This document shows positions 22,452 to 30,350 of a stretch of 38,432 nucleotides of DNA, in pieces. This DNA is from a virus. Location: positions 1 through 38,432 of IMG/VR virus record IMGVR_UViG_3300045988_091866, one strand, 5' to 3'. Below the pieces are notes generated by a model. It worked only from the letters and a program-made list of their open reading frames with translations. It was not told where the DNA came from and ran no database searches. Within the stretch, counting starts at the first letter, position 1. Each line of letters begins with the position of its first letter. The position numbers were made by a program, and so were the translations under genes.

Positions 22452-22720
22452 AAACAGTTAAAGCTCTACTTAATCTATTTGAAGAATTGTTTGCAGGAAG
22501 AATCTCTTGCTTGGCTTTTTCTTATGACTTTCCTAATTTGATGCTTGATCTCAGGGATGATTCAATACAGAAAACACTCGACGATATGCCTGAATTGTGT
22601 GCGTTCTATTCACCCTACAAAGATTCAAATTATGATGATGAAGAGATATTGAATGACGAGGAGTTTTTGAAAAAGATCAAGCCCATATACCACAAATTGA
22701 AAATGCAAATGAAAGATTAA
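22436..22720 (+). CDS. Small acidic protein, candidate immunity protein for the MuF C-terminal toxin (start 22436 or ATG 22448, which overlaps the MuF stop as ATGA)
   Basis: Position, overlap and composition support the call: KALLNLFEELFAGRISCLAFSYDFPNLMLDLRDDSIQKTLDDMPELCAFYSPY... resembles helical colicin-type immunity proteins. Confidence 0.6.
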   Translation: MEKVMKTVKALLNLFEELFAGRISCLAFSYDFPNLMLDLRDDSIQKTLDDMPELCAFYSPYKDSNYDDEEILNDEEFLKKIKPIYHKLKMQMKD

Positions 22721-22749
22721 AGCGGGTTAAATGCAAGCCTGCTTTTTTC
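22720..22749 (+). terminator. Candidate terminator after the toxin/immunity pair (stem AAGCGGG/CCTGCTT with one G-U, then T6); a second weaker hairpin is at 22757-22781
   Basis: Read directly. Confidence 0.45.
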
Positions 22750-22794
22750 ATGCCCTAGACATGGCAAAAAACTGTCTTTTTATTATGGCTGCAC

Positions 22795-22819
22795 ACTGTC
22801 CGGGCACGAACTGGGCGGG
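22795..22819. repeat. GC-rich 25-bp direct repeat, copy 1 (ACTGTCCGGGCACGAACTGGGCGGG)
   Basis: 22/25 identical to 22837-22861, with a 42-bp period, in the gap upstream of the scaffold gene. Confidence 0.85.
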
Positions 22820-22836
22820 GTAATGCAATAAATAGG

Positions 22837-22861
22837 ACTGCCTGGGCACGTACTGGGCGGG
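22837..22861. repeat. GC-rich 25-bp direct repeat, copy 2 (ACTGCCTGGGCACGTACTGGGCGGG)
   Basis: See copy 1. Confidence 0.85.
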
Positions 22862-22879
22862 CCGGAAAGGACGATGTAT

Positions 22880-23560
22880 ATGGATTTATTATTGAAGCGA
22901 CTACCACTCAACATCCAGCTATTTGCGGAAGGGAACGACGGTAATGCCGGAGGAACTGATAGAGTAGCTGGCTCGGAAGGAAATCAAGGCACGGGAGGAA
23001 CTTCTGGAAGTCTTGACGATGTTTTAAAGGTGTTTAAGCCAGAGGATGTATTGAATCATCCGTCATTTAAATCAGTCTTAGACAGTCGGATCGGATCCGC
23101 GACCAGTACCGCACTGGCAAATGCCAGAGCACGATGGGAAGCTGAACAGAATGAGAACCTCAGCGAAGCTGAAAAATTGGCGAAGATGACCAAGGAAGAA
23201 CGGGAACGGTATCAATTCAAAAAAGATCAGGAAAAGTTTGCGACTGAACGATCTAAATTTGAACATGAAAAACTGATCGTTGAAGCTGCGAAAGAATTAA
23301 CAGGAAAAGGAATTGATTCCGCCCTCGCGGCTTTTGTCGTTGGCAAAGATGCCGATGAAACAAAGAAGAATTTGGAAGCCTTCGAGAAATCCTACAACGC
23401 TGCTGTAGAAGCTGCAGTCAATGAGAAGCTGAAAGGTGGAGTACCACCGAAGAAAGCTCCAGCTAACATAACAACTTATACTGATGATCAGTTACGGAAT
23501 ATGACGCCGGAACAGATCAATGCCAACTGGGACGCTGTTGTTGCGTCCATGAAAAAATAG
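22880..23560 (+). CDS. Scaffolding protein (start 22880 preferred over 22874 on RBS spacing)
   Basis: MDLLLKRLPLNIQLFAEG... carries the LNLQLFA-type N-terminal motif. The protein is Lys/Glu-rich and helical, and lies directly upstream of the capsid gene. Confidence 0.8.
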   Translation: MDLLLKRLPLNIQLFAEGNDGNAGGTDRVAGSEGNQGTGGTSGSLDDVLKVFKPEDVLNHPSFKSVLDSRIGSATSTALANARARWEAEQNENLSEAEKLAKMTKEERERYQFKKDQEKFATERSKFEHEKLIVEAAKELTGKGIDSALAAFVVGKDADETKKNLEAFEKSYNAAVEAAVNEKLKGGVPPKKAPANITTYTDDQLRNMTPEQINANWDAVVASMKK

Positions 23561-23575
23561 GAGGAGTGAACAATT

Positions 23576-24424
23576 ATGTCTATTCAGAATTTTATCCCTA
23601 CCATTTGGAGCGCTCGTTTGCTGAACCATCTGGACAAAAGCCACGTTTATCTGAACCTGCTCAACCGCGATTATGAAGGCGAAATCAAAAACTTTGGTGA
23701 CACCGTTAAGATTAATCAGGTCGGTGACGTGTCGATTAAGGACTACACCAAAGGCACAGACATCGATGCACCGGAAGACATCACCGGCGAACAGCAGGAG
23801 CTGAAGATCGACCAGGCGAAGTATTTTAACTTTGCTGTGGATGATGTCGATAATGCACAGACCAATCCAAAGCTGATGGATAAAGCGATGCAGCGCGCGG
23901 CCTATGCGATGAACGATGTTGTTGACGCCTTTGCGGCAAACTTGCTGGCAATCAATGTGCATGCCGACAACGCGATTGGAACCAACGACGCCCCGATCGT
24001 GCCAACAAAAGCGGATGCCTACGACTACCTGGTCGATCTGAACACGAAGCTGACGGAAGCCAACGTTGCCAAGATGGGACGCTGGGTTGTCATTCCAGCC
24101 TTTTACCATGGTCTGCTGCTGAAGGATGACCGCTTTGTCGGCAATGGCACGGATTATAATCAGGCGATCCTGGAAGGTGGCGAGGTTGGTAAGGCTGCTG
24201 GATTCACGGTTTATGTATCGAACAACGTGCCGCACACCGAAGGGACGAAGTACAAGGTTATTGCGGGTACCACAGAAGCGGGATCTTATGCGGAACAGAT
24301 CCTGAATACGGAAGCCTACCGCCCAGAGAAGCGCTTTTCGGATGCCGTTAAGGGTCTGCATACTTATGGCGCAAAGGTGCTGCAGAGCAAGTGCATTGCC
24401 GTCTTAACTTGCAATAAAGCGTAA
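23576..24424 (+). CDS. Major capsid protein
   Basis: The call rests on position, strong RBS TAGGAGGAG and size (282 aa). The N-terminus is MSIQNFIPTIWSARLL... Confidence 0.85.
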   Translation: MSIQNFIPTIWSARLLNHLDKSHVYLNLLNRDYEGEIKNFGDTVKINQVGDVSIKDYTKGTDIDAPEDITGEQQELKIDQAKYFNFAVDDVDNAQTNPKLMDKAMQRAAYAMNDVVDAFAANLLAINVHADNAIGTNDAPIVPTKADAYDYLVDLNTKLTEANVAKMGRWVVIPAFYHGLLLKDDRFVGNGTDYNQAILEGGEVGKAAGFTVYVSNNVPHTEGTKYKVIAGTTEAGSYAEQILNTEAYRPEKRFSDAVKGLHTYGAKVLQSKCIAVLTCNKA

Positions 24425-24444
24425 GCAGAGAGAGGAGAGTTACT

Positions 24445-24753
24445 ATGGCTTTTATCTACAATTTAAAAACCAAGCTGCTTCATGAGTGCAGAAATGCCGA
24501 TGTAGCTAAATGGTGCAAAAACAGACCAGAAGAATATCTGGTTTCTGATGATAAAGAAAAACTGGTACAGGTATTGGCGTTGAACAATGCTTTAGAAAGT
24601 GCAGAACCTGCCAAACAGGAAAAGAAGAAGTCCCCTTCGCAGATGAATCTCGAAGAACTGAAAGCCTGGGCGGCTGAGCTGCAGCTGGAAATCCCGGAAT
24701 CCTTGACCAAAGCTGAGATCCTCGCGCTGATCAAAGAGAAGCAGGGCGTATGA
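24445..24753 (+). CDS. Head-associated protein with a C-terminal HeH/Rho_N-like motif
   Basis: ...MNLEELKAWAAELQLEIPESLTKAEILALIKEKQG. Confidence 0.65.
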   Translation: MAFIYNLKTKLLHECRNADVAKWCKNRPEEYLVSDDKEKLVQVLALNNALESAEPAKQEKKKSPSQMNLEELKAWAAELQLEIPESLTKAEILALIKEKQGV

Positions 24754-25076
24754 AAACCCCTGCAGAAGTAATCACTGCGTTAACCGGCTGTAAAAACGCT
24801 GACCTGGTTGCGGTCGTTTTGGAAGCTGCAGAACAGACGATCTTAAGCTTGACCAACCGCACAAAGCTGATCTCGTCGTTAGAATCTGCACGGCGGGATC
24901 TTGCGGTTGTGATGATCAACCGATTGGGTACAGAAGGCGAATCCAGCCGCAGCGAGGGCGGCATCAGCGTTAGTTTTGAAGACATGCCGAAGGCAATCCA
25001 GACGGTGATTGAAACCTATAGATTAGCGAGGGTGGGCGGTCATGCGTTTGAGGCAGTGCCGGATCAAGACGTATAG
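24750..25076 (+). CDS. Head-tail connector (gp6-like)
   Basis: The call rests on position, size and an ATGA overlap. Confidence 0.65.
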   Translation: MKTPAEVITALTGCKNADLVAVVLEAAEQTILSLTNRTKLISSLESARRDLAVVMINRLGTEGESSRSEGGISVSFEDMPKAIQTVIETYRLARVGGHAFEAVPDQDV

Positions 25077-25365
25077 CCTTAAAAGGCATGTCATAGCTCG
25101 AAATGAGGAAGGCAATACTTACCCAATGTGGGGAAATCCTGTAGAAATTGACGCTGAAATCTGGCCGGCTGGCGGACAGCTGCAGGCGCAGATTTATGGC
25201 CAGGAGCTGCAGTATATGCTGAACATGCTCTACCAGGGCGAGCAGGAGATCAAAGAGACCGATGGGATTTGTGTTTTTGTTGCTGCAGATCAGGATCCTG
25301 ATTACCAGGTGATCTCACAGCAGCGATACGCTAGCCATCAGCTTTTTGTGTTGAAGAAGCGATGA
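25042..25365 (+). CDS. Head closure / head-tail adaptor protein
   Basis: The call rests on position and size. Confidence 0.6.
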   Translation: MRLRQCRIKTYSLKRHVIARNEEGNTYPMWGNPVEIDAEIWPAGGQLQAQIYGQELQYMLNMLYQGEQEIKETDGICVFVAADQDPDYQVISQQRYASHQLFVLKKR

Positions 25366-25892
25366 GCGATCTTGTCGGTTTGAAAAAGCTGCTAGATCAG
25401 CTGGATGCCGTGTCGGATAACGCCCAAGACGTCCTGTTAAAGTCCATGAAAAGGGCTGCGGGTTTTGTTCGCGATGACGCTCGTTTGCGGGTGCCGTTTA
25501 AAACAGGGGATCTGCGCGAGAGGATTCACAGTCGCACAACCAAGACCGAAACGGGTGTACAATCAGTTGTCTCTGTCAGCTCTGAGTATGGTGCTTATGT
25601 CGAGTTTGGTACGGGTCCGCGGGGTGAAGAAAACCATGAAGGAATCTCACCAGAGCTGAATCCTCATTACTCACAAACAGGCTGGATGATTCCGGCCAGC
25701 GCCATGTCAGAAAAGGATGCGGAGGAATATGGTCTGGGGATTGCCAAAAAGGACGGTAAGGTCATTGGTTATTATACCAAGGGTATGCCAGCCCGTCCTT
25801 TTATGTATACCGCCCTTAAAGATAACGAGGATCAGATCAATAAAAACATAGCGAAGGATCTCAAAAAAGCGATCAAGGAGGCAGCGAAATGA
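25362..25892 (+). CDS. HK97 gp10-family tail-completion/neck protein
   Basis: ...VPFKTGDLRERIHS...YGAYVEFGTG... is the gp10 signature. Confidence 0.75.
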   Translation: MSDLVGLKKLLDQLDAVSDNAQDVLLKSMKRAAGFVRDDARLRVPFKTGDLRERIHSRTTKTETGVQSVVSVSSEYGAYVEFGTGPRGEENHEGISPELNPHYSQTGWMIPASAMSEKDAEEYGLGIAKKDGKVIGYYTKGMPARPFMYTALKDNEDQINKNIAKDLKKAIKEAAK

Positions 25893-26245
25893 TTGACGTC
25901 AAAAAGATTATCTTCGAGGAATTAAAGAAAATCTCTGAAAACGTAACGGATACCTATCCGGATGACTGGAAGAAGTTTCCCTGCATTCAGTTTTTAGAAG
26001 AAGAAAATATCCCACAGGAGATTACCGACGACACAGAGCGTATGTCATATATCCGCTATAAGGTGGATATCTGGGATAAAATCAGTACAACAGCGGCAGC
26101 CCTGCAGGTCAATGTGGTGTTTGCCAATCTTGGGCTTAACCGGTCATCCAGCGTGGATGTGCCGGAGCAGTCTTATTTAAAGCACAAAATGATGCGTTTT
26201 GAGGGTGTTGTGGATCACGATACTCTGATTGTTTATCAGAAATAG
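25889..26245 (+). CDS. Tail terminator / tail completion protein
   Basis: The call rests on position and size. Confidence 0.6.
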   Translation: MIDVKKIIFEELKKISENVTDTYPDDWKKFPCIQFLEEENIPQEITDDTERMSYIRYKVDIWDKISTTAAALQVNVVFANLGLNRSSSVDVPEQSYLKHKMMRFEGVVDHDTLIVYQK

Positions 26246-26260
26246 AAAGGGGCGAAGTGA

Positions 26261-26674
26261 ATGCTTGCCAATGGAATTAAGTTAGGCTACAAAGAAACAG
26301 CGGAAGCCGTAGAGTTTACCGATCTGACTGGATTGAAGGAAGTGCCAGAACTTGGATCAGACCCTGAAAAAGTGGATAATACTGATTTAGCTGCTGATGT
26401 GAAGCAGTATGAAATGGGAATCGGTGATGCCGGAGATATGGAGTACAAGTTCAAGTATGTGAATACGGCTAATTCCTCTTATCGAAAGCTGCGGGCTGCG
26501 GCAGATAGCAAGAAGGTTTATCCTTTCCAGCAGACGATGCCAGACGGAACTAAATATCAGTTCGACGCGCAGGTCAATGTCAAGGTCGGCGGCGGGGGAG
26601 TGAATGCCGCGATTGAATTTACTGCATCGATGGCGCTGCAGAGTAAGATCACAGTTGTGGATCCGACGGAATAG
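26261..26674 (+). CDS. Major tail protein
   Basis: It lies before the chaperone pair and the tape measure gene, and has RBS GAAAGGGG. Confidence 0.75.
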   Translation: MLANGIKLGYKETAEAVEFTDLTGLKEVPELGSDPEKVDNTDLAADVKQYEMGIGDAGDMEYKFKYVNTANSSYRKLRAAADSKKVYPFQQTMPDGTKYQFDAQVNVKVGGGGVNAAIEFTASMALQSKITVVDPTE

Positions 26675-26684
26675 GAGATGATGA

Positions 26685-27068
26685 ATGATGAATGAAACGA
26701 AAAGAAAACCTTTTGCAGTTTGGACTGTAGGGGAAACCGACTACAGGCTCAAGCTGGACACAGCCACGATTGCAGAGCTGGAAACAAAGTTTAAATGCAA
26801 TCTTTTGAATCTGCTGGAAAGCAGCGGCAGTATGCCGGCTTTGTCAGTCATGCTAACGATCATCCATGGGGCGATGAAAAAATTCAACCATGGCATCACC
26901 TACAAAGAGGTTCAGAGCCTGTTTGATCAATATTTGGATGAAGGTGGCTCTCAGGTAGCGTTTCTGTCAGATATTGTACTGCCGGTTTATCAGGTGTCCG
27001 GTTTTTTCTCGGAAGCTCAGACGGAAGTCATGGACAGCCAGATGGCGGAGGTTCGCGAGAATATCTAA
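26685..27068 (+). CDS. Tail assembly chaperone, short (G-like) form
   Basis: It lies immediately upstream of the tape measure gene and contains the slippery site near its 3' end. Confidence 0.8.
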   Translation: MMNETKRKPFAVWTVGETDYRLKLDTATIAELETKFKCNLLNLLESSGSMPALSVMLTIIHGAMKKFNHGITYKEVQSLFDQYLDEGGSQVAFLSDIVLPVYQVSGFFSEAQTEVMDSQMAEVRENI

Positions 27069-27454
27069 CTGTTACTGACTATCTGAATGAGCTTTATGTT
27101 CAGGCGCTGAAATTTGGAATCACCCCCGATTGTTTCTGGGCGTCAACGGTCCAAGAGATCATTGACATGATCGATGCCCGGCAGGAAAAACAAACAGAGG
27201 AGCTTAAGCTGCAGATCACGATGCTATCTGTCCAAGCGGAACAGATTTTTGAAGGCATGGTCACAATTTGGAGTGATAAAAACAGTAAGCCTCAGCGCCG
27301 GCAAATTTGGGACTTTTACCCGAAGCTTTTTGAAAAAGAGCATGAGGCGTATGAAATTCAGCGCCAAAAAGAAGAAATGGCTTTATATCAAGCGAAATTT
27401 AATGATTTCGTGCTCAGGCATAATCGTAAATTTGGAGGTGATGACCAAGCATGA
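26685..27454 (+). CDS. Tail assembly chaperone, long (G-T-like) -1 frameshift product (26685..27008 joined to 27008..27454)
   Basis: The -1 frame reads ...DGGGSREYLTVTDYLNELYVQALKFGITPDCFWASTVQEIIDMIDARQEKQ... and continues into the 27167..27454 track ORF. Confidence 0.65.
27002..27008 (+). other. Programmed -1 ribosomal frameshift slippery heptamer T_TTT_TTC
   Basis: The zero frame reads GGT TTT TTC (..SGFFSE..). The -1 frame is open from here to 27454 with no stop. Confidence 0.7.
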
Positions 27455-29952
27455 ACGGAATTACTCTTGAAAAGCTGCAGGTCATCATTGAAGCGCAGAC
27501 CCAGGATCTGCGCAACGAGCTTGCCAAAGTAAAACAGCAGCTCACATCAACCTCAGCCGCAGTAAAAAAAGAAACCGGGAAGATCGGAAATTCCTTTGGC
27601 GGAATGATGAAAAAGGTCATGGGTTTGGTAGGAATTACCGCAGTTGTCGCTGCTATTAAGAAAGTGGGATCAGCGGCAATCGAGATGGCCAGCGATCTGC
27701 AAGAAGTGCAGAATGTGGTTGATACGGCGTTTGGTGACATGGCTTATATGGTTGAGAATTTCTCAAAGAAAGCGATCGATCAATTTGGCATGTCGGAGCT
27801 GACGGCAAAGAGGACCGCATCTACTTACATGGCCATGTCAAAAGGCATGAGAATTGCCGGAGACAAAGCAGCGCAGATGGCGATCAGCGTTGCGGGGTTA
27901 ACCGGTGACGTTGCGTCGTTTTACAACGTGAGCCAGTCAGTTGCGGACACAGCGTTGAAATCCATCTGGACGGGCGAGACGGAAAGTTTGAAGCAATTCG
28001 GCGTTGTCATGACGCAAACCAATCTGCAGCAGTTCGCTTACAGCAAGGGGATTCAGAAAACGATTGCCGATATGGATCAGGCTGAACAAACCACGCTGCG
28101 GTATATGTATGTTACCGAGCAGCTTAGCCTGGCTCAGGGTGACTTCTCTAAGACCAGCGGCAGCTGGGCAAATCAGATCCGGATCCTGCAAGAGCGCTGG
28201 AAGCAACTGCTGGGGATCATCGGTAATGGTTTGATTCAGGTGCTGACGCCGGTTGTTCAGTTTATCAATATGATCGTGTCTAAGCTGTTGTGGTTTGCCC
28301 AGGTGTTGCAGTCTGTCTTCCACGGCTTATTCGGTGGCGGTACAGCGGATCCAGTTGCTGGTGCTGCAGCGTCAGCGAGCAAGGCGGAATCTGCACAGGA
28401 TGGCTATACAAATTCATTAAAAAAATCAGACGCGCAAGCTAAAAAGAATCAGAAAACTTTGGCTGGCTTTGATGAAATCAATAACATCAACCAACCACAA
28501 TCTGGAGCTGAGGGCGCTGATTTATCAGGGCTTGGCGGAGATGGGTTTGCGATTGATTTCGGAGATCTTGGTCTGGATGAAGAACCTGATACATCCGGAA
28601 TTGAGAAAGCAGCCGAGAAGATCAGAAATATTATCAAGGGTGTGATGGACTTCCTTGATGAGAATAAGGCTAAAATTCTTGCGATTATGGGTGGTGTTGC
28701 CGCCTTTTTAATTGCCTTGAAATGGCCTGCAATCGCAGCGTCGATTGGAAAGATTGTAATGCCGCTTAAAAATGCATTTGACTGGTTAAAGGCGTTTATG
28801 AGTCTGGCGTCCAGTGAAGGGATTATCGGAGCTTTAAAAGCTGCTTTCTTGGGCTTCAGCACTACAGGGCTGATTGTAGCGGCGGTCATTGGAGCTGTCG
28901 TAGCAGCGGTGATCTACCTCTGGAACACTTCTGATGAATTTCGCAATAACGTGATGGCTGTTGTGGATGGTCTGATGTCGGTGCTGAATCAGTTATGGCA
29001 AGGCGTGCTGGTTCCGATCGGCAACTTCATCCTAGATTTGATCGACAACGTGATCATGCCGTTGGTCAATATCATCGCTCAGGCTGTTTGTGCTGTTGTT
29101 TTAGAACTGAGTGGTGTATTATCTGCTTTATGGATTAACATACTGCAACCTTTAGCAGAATTCATCGTAGGCATCTTTTCAGCTTGTTTTAAGGGATTGT
29201 ATGATATCTGGGTGAATATGCTTCCAGCGATCAATGAGATCATGGCAGCCTTGCAGACAATTTGGGTTGATACGCTGCAACCGATTGCAGCTTTTATTGC
29301 AGATGTGCTCATCGTCGCAATACAAATTTTAGGTACGATCATTCAGACCGTTCTAACAACTGCTCAGACGATGTTTAATAAGCTGGTAACCTTTCTTACC
29401 GGAACCTTCTCAACGAGTTGGGAAAAGGTTTGGGGCGGCTGTAAAACGGTGTTTGCAACGATCTGGAACACGATTATCGACATCATAGAAACAGCTGTGA
29501 ATTTTATCATCGACGCGATTAACTGGTGTATTGATCAAATTAATAAGATCCACATTGATGTGCCTGGGTGGGTTACGGCCTTAACCGGAATGACCACTTT
29601 TGGCTTTAATATCGCTCGTATAGAGCGTGTGTCGTTACCGCGGATTGAGATGCCGAAACTGGCCAACGGTGGTTTGGCCTACGGTCCTACTACGGCGATT
29701 GTCGGTGACAATCCAGGGGCATCGTCGGATCCAGAGGTTATCGCACCACTGTCTAAGCTGCAGAACTTAATGGGCTTCGGCAGCGCGGAAACGCTGAACG
29801 CTTTGAATCGTCTATACGATATCCTGCTCATGATTTATGAAAAGGACGACACCGTTATCATTGATGGGGAATCATTGGCCGATCGAATCAACAGGATCAA
29901 CAAGGACAATGACCGCAGGCGGGGAAATCCGGTATTTGCCTTAGAAAGATAG
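27451..29952 (+). CDS. Tape measure protein
   Basis: It is 833 aa, with a helical N-terminus, a central hydrophobic/TM-rich region, and a position after the chaperones. Confidence 0.9.
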   Translation: MNGITLEKLQVIIEAQTQDLRNELAKVKQQLTSTSAAVKKETGKIGNSFGGMMKKVMGLVGITAVVAAIKKVGSAAIEMASDLQEVQNVVDTAFGDMAYMVENFSKKAIDQFGMSELTAKRTASTYMAMSKGMRIAGDKAAQMAISVAGLTGDVASFYNVSQSVADTALKSIWTGETESLKQFGVVMTQTNLQQFAYSKGIQKTIADMDQAEQTTLRYMYVTEQLSLAQGDFSKTSGSWANQIRILQERWKQLLGIIGNGLIQVLTPVVQFINMIVSKLLWFAQVLQSVFHGLFGGGTADPVAGAAASASKAESAQDGYTNSLKKSDAQAKKNQKTLAGFDEINNINQPQSGAEGADLSGLGGDGFAIDFGDLGLDEEPDTSGIEKAAEKIRNIIKGVMDFLDENKAKILAIMGGVAAFLIALKWPAIAASIGKIVMPLKNAFDWLKAFMSLASSEGIIGALKAAFLGFSTTGLIVAAVIGAVVAAVIYLWNTSDEFRNNVMAVVDGLMSVLNQLWQGVLVPIGNFILDLIDNVIMPLVNIIAQAVCAVVLELSGVLSALWINILQPLAEFIVGIFSACFKGLYDIWVNMLPAINEIMAALQTIWVDTLQPIAAFIADVLIVAIQILGTIIQTVLTTAQTMFNKLVTFLTGTFSTSWEKVWGGCKTVFATIWNTIIDIIETAVNFIIDAINWCIDQINKIHIDVPGWVTALTGMTTFGFNIARIERVSLPRIEMPKLANGGLAYGPTTAIVGDNPGASSDPEVIAPLSKLQNLMGFGSAETLNALNRLYDILLMIYEKDDTVIIDGESLADRINRINKDNDRRRGNPVFALER

Positions 29953-29964
29953 GAGGGATAGGCA

Positions 29965-30342
29965 ATGATCTATATTTGGACAGACGATGATCCGACGCTG
30001 CGAGAATTGCCAATCCCTTGTAAATTTGACTGGCAGTTCTCTGACCTAGATCGGGGATCCGGGCGAAATGATTTTGGCTTAATGATGAGAGAAAGAATTG
30101 GGTCAAAAGTAAAATTAACTCTGATTTGGAATCCAAAAAAACAAAACAGAAAGGCAAATGAGGCAATGATCCGTTTTTTGAAGTCATTGCCTCCTTATTG
30201 TTATTTGAGATATCCGGATCCGGACGGGACAACGCCAACGATTGAGTGCTATCGCGGCGATATTAAATCCGGGATGTATCATTATGATCCGATCAGTGGA
30301 TCCATCTGGAAGGATACATCAACATCCTTCACTGAAAGGTAG
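29965..30342 (+). CDS. Small tail-tip component (possible distal tail protein analogue)
   Basis: The call rests on position after the tape measure gene; no domain was recognised. Confidence 0.5.
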   Translation: MIYIWTDDDPTLRELPIPCKFDWQFSDLDRGSGRNDFGLMMRERIGSKVKLTLIWNPKKQNRKANEAMIRFLKSLPPYCYLRYPDPDGTTPTIECYRGDIKSGMYHYDPISGSIWKDTSTSFTER

Positions 30343-30350
30343 GCGGCAGG

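Noticed and set aside
23492-24361. 289-aa minus-strand ORF
   Set aside because: It is antisense to the major capsid gene and is a typical long shadow ORF of a GC-rich highly expressed gene.
27174-27470. 98-aa plus-strand ORF overlapping the chaperone T region
   Set aside because: It gives a highly basic, low-complexity translation. The alternative frame (27167..27454, continuous with the -1 frameshift) encodes a plausible protein.
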